Assembly: GCA_964196275.1 (NCBI GenBank)
Contig: CAXMSN010000104.1
Location: 1-63,904, forward strand
Length of the DNA stretch: 63,904 bases
Origin: an uncultured Kiloniellales bacterium
Lineage (GTDB): Bacteria > Actinomycetota > Acidimicrobiia > Spongiisociales > UBA5794
Direction of reading: 5' to 3'
A program made the translations under genes and the position numbers. Of this stretch, positions 1 through 11,738 are shown in pieces. Every line of letters begins with the position of its first letter. Position 1 is the stretch's first letter. The notes beneath the pieces were generated by a model that ran no database searches, was not told the DNA's origin, and worked only from the letters and a program-made list of their open reading frames with translations.

Positions 1-246
1 CTCCGCAGTCACAGTCATCAGCGGACTTCCGTCGATGGAAGCCGCGGCGGCATCCGTCGTCGGATCGCCTCTCGTAGACGCCTGGCTCACAACGAATGAA
101 GCCACGCCGATTCCCACCACCACGACGGCGACGATCAACCAACCGGGCGGCCGCGAGCCAACGTCGGGTTCGACGGCCTCGTCATCGACAATACGAACAG
201 TGCCTTCCCGCATGTCGACAACCTTACGCTCCCGTTGCCCACCCAT
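1..246 (-). CDS. Hypothetical single-pass membrane protein, partial (runs off window start)
   Basis: Manual translation of minus strand: MGGQRERKVVDMREGTVRIVDDEAVEPDVGSRPPGWLIVAVVVGIGVASFVV..., open to base 1, one hydrophobic helix; the + ORF 35..340 is its antisense shadow. Confidence 0.6.
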   Translation of the reverse strand, partial: MGGQRERKVVDMREGTVRIVDDEAVEPDVGSRPPGWLIVAVVVVGIGVASFVVSQASTRGDPTTDAAAASIDGSPLMTVTAE

Positions 247-336
247 GAGACTGATTGAAGGCGGTCAGCAGTTGCCAGTGAGTCATCTTGAGGGTGGTCA
301 GGTAGGCTCGGTGTCAGCCGACGCTGAAAGGTATCG

Positions 337-462
337 ATGAACAACTACGACCCCTCAAGGATCACGCAACTCTCGACCGGAACGATCGTGTTCCTTCTCG
401 TGTTCTTACCAGCGATCACGCTGCTCACACTCATCGCTCTCAGCGCCACCAGGTCGAACTGA
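337..462 (+). CDS. Small membrane peptide (41 aa), not in ORF track
   Basis: ATG at 337 preceded by GAAAGG; MNNYDPSRITQLSTGTIVFLLVFLPAITLLTLIALSATRSN* with a TM-length hydrophobic stretch. Confidence 0.55.
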   Translation: MNNYDPSRITQLSTGTIVFLLVFLPAITLLTLIALSATRSN

Positions 463-496
463 GCGCCACGTACCGGCATCGCCCCTCAAGCCGTCC

Positions 497-1020
497 TCAA
501 TCGAGCCTGAGGGAGTAGCGGGCTTCAGCGACTTCGACCACAAGAACCAACTCGGTCCGCTCGACACCCTGGTCCACCCATCCACGAGCTTGGTAGAAAC
601 GGCGTGCCCGCGCATTGTCGGGGTGCACCCAGAGGATCGCTTGGCGGAAACCGGCAGACTTCAGTGCGTCACGCGCTGCCTCGTGTAACGCAGGCCTACT
701 CCGGTTCCCCAGCTATCCGGATCGACGTTGATGACGTAGAGCTCTCCGCCCGTTGCCAGATCATCCTCAGCCTCCGGACCCACCAGGGCGAACCCCACGA
801 CCGTGCCTGTCGGATCCTCGGCCACGAACCGGGACGCTCGATCACGAGACGACTCTGACAGCACCCTGCGCCACATCTCAGCTCGCCGCTCTGCCGACAA
901 CGCTGCGAGATACTCATCTGGCATCAGGCCGTCGGAGTACGCAGCCCGCCACGCCCGGACGTGAACTGAGCCCATGGCGTCGGCATCAGCCGTGGTTGGA
1001 TGACGCACAGGGACCTGCAT
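497..1020 (-). pseudogene. GNAT N-acetyltransferase with a 1-nt frameshift near 690 (pseudogene or assembly indel)
   Basis: N-half MQVPVRHPTTADADAMGSVHVRAWRAAY...DPDSWGTGVGL ends at TGA 661; another frame continues HEAARDALKSAGFRQAILWVHPDNARARRFYQARGW...* (stop 497), the typical GNAT C-terminus. Confidence 0.8.
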
Positions 1021-1115
1021 GCGCAACGACACCAGCGTTTCGTCATGACCGGCTCGTCCCGGGTGAACCGTGATGAGAATGGTCACCGCAGGCCTGACCG
1101 GACGGTGCCGAAGCG

Positions 1116-1619
1116 TCAGGCGCGATCGTCCGACCGCGGCTCCAAGACCACGACGGCGGTCTCCGAGGACCGAAGGGCTGCGAAACCGTCAAGGTTCTCG
1201 TCGATCTCGCGCCACCGTGCCCACAGCTGCGACCGTTCCTCCCCCACCGCAGCTCTCCCCGTGACCTCGTGGCGACCAGCGGAAGTCTCGACGAACGCAT
1301 CGGTATTGGCCTGGAGGTTGAGCCACCATGCAGGATCTGCATCAGCCCAGCCGTTCATCGCCAAGGTCACCAGGTTGGGACCGTCGTCGAAGTAGCCGAG
1401 CATCACGCTCCGATCCTGGCCGCTGCGGCGTCCCGTGGTCGTCAGATTCATCATGCCCCAGCGGTTCGCCTTCGCACGTCTCAACCCGACGCGGCCGCGG
1501 GTGACTGAGTACAGGCCTCGGTGCACAGACCAAGCGAAGCGAACGAACCACCGCGGGGCAATCCGTGCTTGTTTTTCAGGTCCGCCCGACACTGATCCCT
1601 CCTCATCACTCGACATCAC
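1116..1619 (-). CDS. Deazaflavin (F420)-dependent nitroreductase family protein
   Basis: LTTTGRRSGQDR, AMNGWADADPAWWLNLQAN motifs. Confidence 0.85.
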   Translation of the reverse strand: MMSSDEEGSVSGGPEKQARIAPRWFVRFAWSVHRGLYSVTRGRVGLRRAKANRWGMMNLTTTGRRSGQDRSVMLGYFDDGPNLVTLAMNGWADADPAWWLNLQANTDAFVETSAGRHEVTGRAAVGEERSQLWARWREIDENLDGFAALRSSETAVVVLEPRSDDRA

Positions 1620-1689
1620 ATCGTATCACGGGCGCTCAGCGCCTCATTGAGTGATCAGCGGCACGGTCTGACGCTCCAAGTCAACGGCA

Positions 1690-2259
1690 CTACCGGTTCT
1701 CGACGTCACCGGTCTTGATGTCGCCGATCGCCTCGCCGATGAGGATCTGCTCGATCGTCTGGGACAACAGACCATACGACACCGGCCCGGACACCTTTCC
1801 GACCACGATGCCGTTCCGGTCAACGAAGAAGGTCTCAGGCAGCCCGAGCACCCCCCACTCGAAGGCGGTGGAAGAGCCCTCATCGATCGCATAGATCGTT
1901 GCAGCACTTCTTCCTAGCTCGTCGAGGAAAGCCTCAGCTCTCCGGGCATTGTCCTGGTAGTTGACCGCCACGAACGTCGTGTCGAACTCCGCGTAGTCGT
2001 CAGCGGCACGGACGAGTGCGTCGTGCTCGGTGCGACAACCGAGACACCAGGACGCCCAGAAATTGACGACGACGATGTCCCCGGACAGATCTGCCATCGA
2101 TATCTCACCATCGGACTCCATGAGGGTGATGGGCGACGCAGGGGCAGGTTTTCCGATGAGCGGCGATGAGGAGATGCCGGGATCGGAGCCAAACCGCCCA
2201 GCGAACACAAGGCCAAGCGCGATGAACGCTACGCCTGCCACGATGACCACCCAGACCAT
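1690..2259 (-). CDS. ccmG: Thiol:disulfide interchange protein CcmG/DsbE (TlpA family)
   Basis: N-terminal TM, VVNFWASWCLGC, GLPETFFVD; last gene of ccm operon; start may be GTG at 2292. Confidence 0.85.
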   Translation of the reverse strand: MVWVVIVAGVAFIALGLVFAGRFGSDPGISSSPLIGKPAPASPITLMESDGEISMADLSGDIVVVNFWASWCLGCRTEHDALVRAADDYAEFDTTFVAVNYQDNARRAEAFLDELGRSAATIYAIDEGSSTAFEWGVLGLPETFFVDRNGIVVGKVSGPVSYGLLSQTIEQILIGEAIGDIKTGDVENR

Positions 2260-2284
2260 CCTTGAACCTCGCGTCGTGTCTACA

Positions 2285-3064
2285 TCAGCCACGCGATGTC
2301 TCGATCTCGCGGATGAGCTCGATCGCCGAGTCACGCACTTCAGCCGGAATCCCGTCATCCGACGCGACGATCGTGAGATGCACGATCGCCTCATCGCCGC
2401 GTTCGAGCGTTACGTAGATGTTGCCGACATACCAATGCGCAGTCAGTGAGGTCGGGTCACGCTCGAGCGCGGCCTCGACGTACCCAACTGCGACGTCGGG
2501 ATGACCCGAGAGGTACGTCATCCACCCGACATTGGCCAATGCCTCCGGATTTCGCTCGACCTCAAGTATGACGAAGTAGTGGTCGAGTGCCTGATCGAAT
2601 TCGCCGGACTCGAAGTATCTCCGAGCAAGCCCAAGCCGCATGGGGATGACGCCAGGATTCGCCGCCACCACGGCTTCCATCTCCTCGTTCGTGACCTCTG
2701 AGAGGTCTCTTCCTTCCCCACTCAGGATCTCCTCAACGATCCCCTCGACCCCACTCGTAGGTGTTGACGTGAGCGAGATCGCGGCTGATATCCCGATGAC
2801 GACGATCGCGATAGCAACAGCCGCTGTACCGATGATCGACCGACGGCTCATCCGCCGGCGGCCGGTTGTCTCACTCGGCTCACTTGACCCCGGAACGCCG
2901 CCCTGACCTCGGCGCTCGATCACGGCGTCCAACTCGGCCACATAGCGGGCGCGCAGGCGGTCGGCGGTCTCGACGTCTATCTCACCGTCGGCGAGTTGCG
3001 CATCGAGGTCAGCAAGTTCGTCGGTCAGGAGTTCGATCTGTTGGAGGTCCCTGTCCTCGGTCAC
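2285..3064 (-). CDS. ccmI: CcmI/CycH-like TPR protein
   Basis: N-terminal DELADLDAQLADGEID segment, TM helix, TPR-like repeats; position after ccmH. Confidence 0.65.
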   Translation of the reverse strand: MTEDRDLQQIELLTDELADLDAQLADGEIDVETADRLRARYVAELDAVIERRGQGGVPGSSEPSETTGRRRMSRRSIIGTAAVAIAIVVIGISAAISLTSTPTSGVEGIVEEILSGEGRDLSEVTNEEMEAVVAANPGVIPMRLGLARRYFESGEFDQALDHYFVILEVERNPEALANVGWMTYLSGHPDVAVGYVEAALERDPTSLTAHWYVGNIYVTLERGDEAIVHLTIVASDDGIPAEVRDSAIELIREIETSRG

Positions 3065-3472
3065 GGTTCGACCCCCGTGCGCTTCACGGTCGACCGCCTG
3101 AGGGCGACGATCGCGATGATGCCTACCGCGAGCATGGCCACGGGAGCAAGCCAGAGAACCACCGACCAGCCTGAGGTTGAGGTGTCGAGAATGAAAGAGT
3201 CCCCGAAGTTGGCGGCGAACTCATCCAGAATCTCGTCATCAGTTGCGCCTTCGGCCACGCGCACAGCGATCAACGCCCTGTAATCCGCAGCGACTCCCGA
3301 CGCCGAATCCGCAAGCGACTCGCCATTGCAGAACGGACATTTGATCGAGACGGAAAGTGCTGCGACCCGGTCCTCTGACGTTGGATCTGAGGAACCCGTC
3401 GAAGCCAAACCCACGACCATGACGACCAACGCGAACGCACCTATGGCGATCGCAAGAGTCGATTTGAGGCGG

Positions 3473-3480
<8 letters not shown>
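3061..3480 (-). CDS. ccmH: Cytochrome c biogenesis protein CcmH
   Basis: IKCPFCNGESLADS motif, C-terminal TM LWLAP. Confidence 0.85.
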
Positions 3481-5499
<2,019 letters not shown>

Positions 5500-5503
<4 letters not shown>

Positions 5504-5910
5504 GATTCGGTGCAGGTGTGCAGTTCGGTGTCGTAACGATCGGTGTCCGACCCGTACTGCTCATCGTGCTTCACGAGCATCGTGTCCGACTCGAACGCCT
5601 CACCGGTCCACACGCCCTCAACCACTACACCGATGCCTTCTTGGAAGAGCTGCGGCGGCACACCAGTGTGGATCACGCCGACGAACGTGTCACAGTCCTC
5701 AACCTCGAAATGGACCTCGGTTCCCTGATCGACGACCGACCCGACAACGACGCGGCCACCGAGACGAAGCCGATCCTCGCTGGCAGACCTTGCTTGCACC
5801 TCCTCGGGCGTGTTGAAGTACACGAGCGAGGCGTTGAGGTTGACCATGAGCACACCGAGCACACCGATCAGAACCACGGCGGGGATCACGAACTTGGCGT
5901 AGCGCCTCAC
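5500..5910 (-). CDS. ccmE: Heme chaperone CcmE
   Basis: LVYFNTP, RLGGRV, LVKHDEQY (HxxxY); GTG start overlaps ccmD stop. Confidence 0.9.
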
Positions 5911-6038
5911 GAGCGTTCGTTCAGTTTGAGTCTGGCCTTCTTGATCCTTATCGCGATCGAACCGGCGAACGCGATAAGGCTCACATAGGTCACGGCGTAT
6001 GCCGCGGCGACCCATCCCCATTCACTTCCGAAGTCCAT
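5907..6038 (-). CDS. ccmD: Heme exporter protein CcmD (43 aa), not in ORF track
   Basis: MDFGSEWGWVAAAYAVTYVSLIAFAGSIAIRIKKARLKLNERS*; fills the ccmC-ccmE gap with TGATG and GTGA overlaps; TM plus basic tail. Confidence 0.8.
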   Translation of the reverse strand: MDFGSEWGWVAAAYAVTYVSLIAFAGSIAIRIKKARLKLNERS

Positions 6039-6775
6039 CAACTCTCCTCCCCGAGGCTTGGGGCGGTGACGGCGGCACCGGCTACCGGGCCGGCGTCTGA
6101 CTGCTCGGCACGGAGGACCTGCTCCTCGAGCCTTGCGAGTTCCATCCGCTTCACCATCATCGCGACGTACATGAGCGTGAACATCGCAAGCGACACCAGA
6201 AGAGCCACGACCATCTCGCCATCCATATCCGGGCTCTCAGGCTTGAGCAGCGTTGGGGCTTGGTGCAGTGACCTCCACCAGACAACCGAGAAGTGCACGA
6301 GAGGAACCTGCACGACGGCGAGGACGCCAAGGATGGCACTCCTCTTTGCTCTCGCATCGATGTCATCCGTCGTTCGGCGGAGGGCGAGATACCCGAGGTA
6401 CACGAAGAACATGATGGCGGTGAGTGTCAGCCTGGCGTCCCAAGTCCACCAGACACCCCATGTCGGCTTACCCCAGATCATGCCAAGCGCAAGGGTCAGA
6501 CCCGTGAAGTACACACCTATCTCAGCTGACGACGCCGCGAGGCGGTCCCAGATGAGCGTCGATCGCCAGAGGTACATCGCAGATGCGGCCATCGTGACGC
6601 CGAACGCGAGATACGCAAGCCACGCGCCAGGCACGTGGACGTAAAGGATGCGCGACAACTGGCCTTGCACAGCGTCTTGAGGGACGAGCATCCCGGCGAC
6701 AAGAGTGACCAGACCAGCTACGACAATGGCAATCCACGGCCATACGCGGCTGCGATCGGGCGCTGTGGTGGTCAT
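6038..6775 (-). CDS. ccmC: Heme exporter CcmC
   Basis: YVHVP, WGKPTWGVWWTWDAR WWD domain, WWRSLHQ. Confidence 0.92.
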   Translation of the reverse strand: MTTTAPDRSRVWPWIAIVVAGLVTLVAGMLVPQDAVQGQLSRILYVHVPGAWLAYLAFGVTMAASAMYLWRSTLIWDRLAASSAEIGVYFTGLTLALGMIWGKPTWGVWWTWDARLTLTAIMFFVYLGYLALRRTTDDIDARAKRSAILGVLAVVQVPLVHFSVVWWRSLHQAPTLLKPESPDMDGEMVVALLVSLAMFTLMYVAMMVKRMELARLEEQVLRAEQSDAGPVAGAAVTAPSLGEES

Positions 6776-7443
6776 CCTGTCTCCTGTAGAGGCCTGGCAG
6801 AAAGAACTCCTGCGATCGCCAAGACAAGCACAACGACGACCAACATCAGAATCCATGTGAGGATACTGTGGCCGAGCCGTAGTCCCTCGAAGGCTTGCGT
6901 TGCAGCGATGAGCAAGGGGACCGACATCGGCGCAACGATGAGAGGGACGAGGGCAGCCGCGGACCGGTCAGTCGAGACGATTCCGCCTGCGAGCGTTCCG
7001 AGCAGGCCAAGGCCGACAGCGACGAGTATCAAGATCAATGGCACCCATGCCCAGCCAACGATCCTGATGTCGTACAGCGCAATGGTGAGCAGGCCGAGAA
7101 TCACCTCGAACACGATGAGGAGAAGCGAACTCGCCCAAGCAGATCCGACGAACGAGGCCGCAGGATCGATGCCGGTGAGCGACACCATGTCCTTCTGTGA
7201 TTGCGAGTCAGCGCCCGTCCTTCGCACAGAAACGAGCACCCCGAAGAGCATCACCACGACCCAGAACATCCCGATGCCAACAGCCCTGAGCGTCGGTGCA
7301 TCCGTCCCTATGGCGATGGGGACGAGAAGCAGGGCAACAGCACCAAACGGGAGGGTCACCCAGGCGACCTCACCGGACCGCCTTTCCCTGAGGAGATCGC
7401 GGCTCGCAACGGTGCGAGCTTGCCCGAAGAACGAAACGCTCAT
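6772..7443 (-). CDS. ccmB: Heme exporter permease CcmB
   Basis: Six-TM protein, LIVAPMSVPLLI; between ccmA and ccmC. Confidence 0.88.
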   Translation of the reverse strand: MSVSFFGQARTVASRDLLRERRSGEVAWVTLPFGAVALLLVPIAIGTDAPTLRAVGIGMFWVVVMLFGVLVSVRRTGADSQSQKDMVSLTGIDPAASFVGSAWASSLLLIVFEVILGLLTIALYDIRIVGWAWVPLILILVAVGLGLLGTLAGGIVSTDRSAAALVPLIVAPMSVPLLIAATQAFEGLRLGHSILTWILMLVVVVLVLAIAGVLSARPLQETG

Positions 7444-8084
7444 CGCAGGGTCCCCTCGGCGATCTCGTACGTCCGATCGACAACCGCCTCAACCCTTGCG
7501 TGATCATGCGAGACGAGAACGGCAGCACCGCCCCGTTTGACGGTTCTCGCAACGAGGTCGTCGACGAGGTCGATCGCATCGGCATCCAGGGCTGAATGTG
7601 GCTCATCGAGAAGAAGCAGGTCTGGCTTCGTCATCAGGATCCTGGCGAACTCAGCCCTTCGCTTCATGCCATGGCTACAGCGGTCCACCCTTCGGTCGAT
7701 CGCTCCGCCAAGCCCCACAGATTCAAGGCTTGAGATCGCAAGCGCATCCTCGATCCCCATCGCGTGGGCGACGAACGTCAGGTTCTCCATGAGCGTCAGC
7801 TCGGGGTACCAGCCGGGCGTGTGACCGATGTATCCGATTCGGGGGCGAACGATGAACCGATCGGGGCTGGAGAGATCCACTCCGAAGACACTTCCCGTGC
7901 CAGCTGACGGCCTGGTCAGAGTTGCGATCAGGCGGAGGAGTGTCGTCTTGCCTGCACCGTTGGTTCCGAACAGTCCGACGGACTCTCCTTCAGTGACTGT
8001 GAAGTCGACATCGCGCAGGATCGAAACCGCGCCAGCTCTCACGGCGGCGCCGGCGAGCGAGACGATCGTGGTCGCGTTGGGCAT
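7440..8084 (-). CDS. ccmA: Heme ABC exporter ATPase CcmA
   Basis: GTNGAGKTT Walker A, CSHGMKRR signature, LLLLDEP; TACCCT-N6-ATG leaderless-type start. Confidence 0.9.
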   Translation of the reverse strand: MPNATTIVSLAGAAVRAGAVSILRDVDFTVTEGESVGLFGTNGAGKTTLLRLIATLTRPSAGTGSVFGVDLSSPDRFIVRPRIGYIGHTPGWYPELTLMENLTFVAHAMGIEDALAISSLESVGLGGAIDRRVDRCSHGMKRRAEFARILMTKPDLLLLDEPHSALDADAIDLVDDLVARTVKRGGAAVLVSHDHARVEAVVDRTYEIAEGTLR

Positions 8085-8208
8085 TGGCGCAGGGTACCGA
8101 TTGTGCCAAGCACACAGGTACCTGACGCACCGACCCGAACCGTTCTGTGGGCCGTAACCCACCTACTCGTGCGTTGGAACCCTGGGTACGCGAAAGTCGA
8201 CAGAGGGT

Positions 8209-8234
8209 GGAATAGTGTGGCACCGACTTAGGTT
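8209..8234 (+). promoter_or_regulatory. SigH/SigR-type promoter GGAAT-N18-GTT upstream of thioredoxin
   Basis: GGAAT at 8209-8213, GTT at 8232-8234, exact 18-nt spacer; thioredoxin genes are established SigR/SigH targets in actinobacteria. Confidence 0.6.
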
Positions 8235-8267
8235 TCAGATTCGAGACTATTCAGGAGTAACCACACC

Positions 8268-8681
8268 GTGGCAACCACCGACATCACCGCAGACACGCTC
8301 GTCGAAACGATTGAGGGCAACGACATCGTGCTCATCGACTTCTGGGCCGAGTGGTGCGGACCGTGCAGAACCTTCGGACCCACCTACGAGAAGGTGTCCG
8401 AGAAGTTCCCCAACATCACCTTTGCAAAGGTCGACACTGAGGCCGAGCAGCAGGTCGCTGCGAACTTCGGTATCCGATCGATCCCAACGCTCGTCGCCTT
8501 CAGAGACAACATCGGCGTGTTCTCACAGCCGGGTGCCTTGCCTCAGGATGCACTCGAGGAGTTGATCGGGCAGATCGAGGGACTCGACATGGATGCGATC
8601 CGCAAAGAGATCGCATCAGAAGCTGAGGGCGATGGCGACGGTCATGATCACGACCATGATCACGATCACCAGCACGCCTAA
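8268..8681 (+). CDS. trxA: Thioredoxin with His/Asp-rich C-terminal tail
   Basis: DFWAEWCGPC; tail GDGDGHDHDHDHDHQHA. Confidence 0.92.
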   Translation: MATTDITADTLVETIEGNDIVLIDFWAEWCGPCRTFGPTYEKVSEKFPNITFAKVDTEAEQQVAANFGIRSIPTLVAFRDNIGVFSQPGALPQDALEELIGQIEGLDMDAIRKEIASEAEGDGDGHDHDHDHDHQHA

Positions 8682-8696
8682 CGAGCTTCGTCAGAC

Positions 8697-8912
8697 CTAC
8701 CGGTCGCGATTGACCAGCGGGGCAAGCACCTTCTGAGCTGCCGCAAGATCGGCTCTGTCCACGACAAGCTGGACGCTGTAACGACCGAGTATCCCCGGGT
8801 CAGTGATCACCGTGGATGGGATTTCGGCGTCGTTGAGTAGCCCCCATCCCTCCTCCGCGTCGTCGATCTTGTCGAACACGGCGGCCGCGATATCGTTGCC
8901 GAGAATGGACAT
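8697..8912 (-). CDS. Small hypothetical protein (possibly DUF2007-like)
   Basis: 71 aa, start overlaps tldE stop (TGATG); GLLNDAEIPSTV...VQLVVDRADLAAAQKVL pattern. Confidence 0.6.
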   Translation of the reverse strand: MSILGNDIAAAVFDKIDDAEEGWGLLNDAEIPSTVITDPGILGRYSVQLVVDRADLAAAQKVLAPLVNRDR

Positions 8913-10249
8913 CAGCCGTCTGTACCTCCTGTGAAATTCCACGCTGCGAGGTGAAATGACGGTGTGTGAACGACCGCCGGGTCCTCCTCGCCATTGGCGA
9001 ACCGACTGTTCGATCCTACGCCTGTGACGTTTCCCGGTGCGAGCGCATCAATGAACGACTGGGTGAATCGAAGATTCGTGAGCGCCCCGGAGATCACTCC
9101 GTTCTCGATCATGAACGTGCCATTGCGGGTGAGACCGGTAACCACAAGAGACTTCTTGTCGAGAACGCGGCAGTAGTTGAACGTGGAGACATAGATGCCG
9201 CGTTCGACCCCGGCGATAAGGTCCTCCTCGGTGGCGGCACCTTCCTTGAAGAACATGTTCCGTGCGGTCGGGCCACCCGTGTAGCCCTCCCCGGCGAACG
9301 GTGCCCGTCCGTTGGGTGCCACGGAGAAATGCGCTGCAGTACGCCGATCGTGGAGCAACGTCGGGGTGACCCCACCATCGATCAACGCGAGACGCTCACG
9401 CGTCGTCCCCTCCGCGTCGAAACTGAGCCCAAGCGCTCTCGAATCGAACGCATCGTCGATAAGGCTCACCCCCGGATCGAATCTTCGCTCACCGATCGTG
9501 ACGAACGATGTGCCATCCCTGGCGCTGCGACCGCTGAAGCCGTCGTCCCGTATGAACTCAGCGATCGTCGCCATGCACTCAGGAGCGAGAACGACCTCGT
9601 ACACATCAGGCTTTGCGTCGAACGCGTTGCGTCCCGCTCGCGCTCTTTCCGCTGCGAGTGCCCCGGCGGCTCGACCGTCGATCGAACCGATGCCTATCCC
9701 TGCCGAATGTCCGGTGCCTGCGCTCGAGCCCGTCTGATGGATGCCGTCGAGCACGGCCGTCGTGTGCCGGCCGTCGGTGAACCGCCCGTTTGTGTTCCCG
9801 TATGCGACATACCAACTGTTGGTTTCGCACATCCCGGCAGCAGAGAGCCCCTCACCCGCGTCAACGAAGTCCTTGACGATGTCGGCTCGGGCGGCTGGGT
9901 CAACGGTCGCAGTGGGCTCGTCGAAGCGATCGTGCTCGACCGGGTCCACGGGTCCGCCGAATCCGGGGAAGTCATCGTCGACGCGCTGAAGGCTCGCTTC
10001 GGCGATCGCAGACGAGACCAGCGATTCGATGCCGGCGGACGTCGGATTCGTTGTCGCCGCGCTTGCGACCCTCCCTGCGACCGCCACCTTGATCGTCAGG
10101 TCGGCGACATCGTCCGATACGTTCTGATGGATGAAGGAGTTGGCGAACCGGGTGAGTTCGGACGTACCGGTCTTTGCGACCACCTGGGCCTCGGCGCGAT
10201 CACCGACGATCTCGAGCGTCTTCTCGACGAGTTCGGTTGAGCGGCTCAT
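8912..10249 (-). CDS. tldE: TldE/PmbA family protein
   Basis: TRFANSFIHQNV, SFDAEG, GLTRNGTFMIENG; ATGA overlap with tldD. Confidence 0.85.
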   Translation of the reverse strand: MSRSTELVEKTLEIVGDRAEAQVVAKTGTSELTRFANSFIHQNVSDDVADLTIKVAVAGRVASAATTNPTSAGIESLVSSAIAEASLQRVDDDFPGFGGPVDPVEHDRFDEPTATVDPAARADIVKDFVDAGEGLSAAGMCETNSWYVAYGNTNGRFTDGRHTTAVLDGIHQTGSSAGTGHSAGIGIGSIDGRAAGALAAERARAGRNAFDAKPDVYEVVLAPECMATIAEFIRDDGFSGRSARDGTSFVTIGERRFDPGVSLIDDAFDSRALGLSFDAEGTTRERLALIDGGVTPTLLHDRRTAAHFSVAPNGRAPFAGEGYTGGPTARNMFFKEGAATEEDLIAGVERGIYVSTFNYCRVLDKKSLVVTGLTRNGTFMIENGVISGALTNLRFTQSFIDALAPGNVTGVGSNSRFANGEEDPAVVHTPSFHLAAWNFTGGTDG

Positions 10250-11685
10250 GCCTGCACCCCGACGCGCACGTTCCTGAATCTTCCCGGTGACGCCGAGTGC
10301 CCTGTGTGGGCGACCTGCATCGGCTGACCCTTTCCACAGTTCGGGATCCCCCAGTGCACCCATTCCGGCTCGCCGGCAAGCCGGTCGAGCGAGCCCCAGA
10401 ACTGGGGCGTGATACCGGTGTACGTAGGGTTCTTCAGGATCCGACCGAGCCTTCCGTTCTTGACCTCGTACCCGATCTCGCATCCGAATTGGAAATTGAG
10501 CCGCTTGTCGTCGATGGACCACGACCTGTTCGTCGCCATGTACACGCCATCATCCGTGTCCGCGATGATGTCCTCGAGGGTCCCGGCGCCGGGAAGCAGC
10601 CCGACATTCGTCATGCGGACCATCGGGATCCGGTTGTAGCCATCTCCGCGAACCATTCCGCCCGGTGTGAGGCCAGCGACCGCCGCGGAGTCTCGACCCG
10701 ACAGCACACCGACCCAGATGCCATCCTTCACGATGTCCACACGTTGCGCCGGAGAACCTTCGTCGTCGTAGCCGAACGTGCCGAGGGCACCGGGAATCGT
10801 CGCGTCGGCCGTGATGTTCATGAGGCTTGACCCATATCGATGTGTTCCGAGACTTTCGAGCTCGAGATGGCTCGTGCCCGCAAATGCTGCCTCCCAACCA
10901 AGGATGCGGTCGAGCTCGATCGCATGACCCACGGACTCGTGGATCTGCAGGGCGAGCTGGGAGCTCTCAAGGATCAGGTCGGTTTCACGCTCCTCCATCT
11001 GTGGGGCACCAAGGAGCGCGACCGCTTCCTCGGCGACCCGTTGCGCGTGATCCTGATAGTTCCACGCACGGATCACCTCGTATCCACCCGTCTCGAACTG
11101 ACCCCACGACTGGGGATACGAGCGAACCTGCGTCTCATGCTCACCGACAGCCGTTGCCTTGTAATAGCCACCCGCTTCGATGAGGTGCTGCTCGATCGCG
11201 CTGCCGGTGGACGAGACGAACCATTTGGCCGAATCCCCTCCAGACACGGTCCCGTACGCCGAATCGACGCCATCGACCGCCAGCATGGTTGTCGTGATGT
11301 CCAGCAACATGTCGACCTTCTCAGACGAGGAGACGTCAAACGGGTTCTCAACGTGTGGCGTCTCCCACGTGGCCGTGGTAGCTGGGATCTCGGGGAAGTC
11401 GAGCGGAGGGCCGGAGACAACGGCCGAGGCCTTGGCAACCGCCGCGGCCTTTGCTCCACACGCACGAAGGGACGCATCGGACAGGTCACTCGTTGCAGCG
11501 AATCCCCACGAAGATCCGATCAACGCCCGCACGCCAACCCCGACCTTCTCCTGTTCGTTGAGGCTCCGCAGACGCTGATTCTGCACCTCGATCTTCTCGA
11601 CACGGTCGAGCACCGCACGGCCATCCGAATAGGCCGCACCGGCATCCATCGCGGCCTGGACAGCGATCTCAGCTCGGTCGAACAT
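10246..11685 (-). CDS. tldD: TldD family metalloprotease
   Basis: HESVGHAIE (HExxGH), RMTN, CGKGQP. Confidence 0.92.
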   Translation of the reverse strand: MFDRAEIAVQAAMDAGAAYSDGRAVLDRVEKIEVQNQRLRSLNEQEKVGVGVRALIGSSWGFAATSDLSDASLRACGAKAAAVAKASAVVSGPPLDFPEIPATTATWETPHVENPFDVSSSEKVDMLLDITTTMLAVDGVDSAYGTVSGGDSAKWFVSSTGSAIEQHLIEAGGYYKATAVGEHETQVRSYPQSWGQFETGGYEVIRAWNYQDHAQRVAEEAVALLGAPQMEERETDLILESSQLALQIHESVGHAIELDRILGWEAAFAGTSHLELESLGTHRYGSSLMNITADATIPGALGTFGYDDEGSPAQRVDIVKDGIWVGVLSGRDSAAVAGLTPGGMVRGDGYNRIPMVRMTNVGLLPGAGTLEDIIADTDDGVYMATNRSWSIDDKRLNFQFGCEIGYEVKNGRLGRILKNPTYTGITPQFWGSLDRLAGEPEWVHWGIPNCGKGQPMQVAHTGHSASPGRFRNVRVGVQA

Positions 11686-11738
11686 CGTTCCTCCGTTGGT
11701 GGTGTCGCAGACAGAATACGCCGGGAAACGAAGCTGAG

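Noticed and set aside
661-663. TGA of the GNAT ORF as a second selenocysteine codon
   Set aside because: The homologous continuation is in a different frame and there is no Cys-type redox motif; it is a frameshift
8697-11685. TldD/TldE as a RiPP maturation cluster
   Set aside because: No precursor peptide or modifying enzymes (YcaO, radical SAM, lanthionine synthetase) nearby; tldDE pairs are widespread
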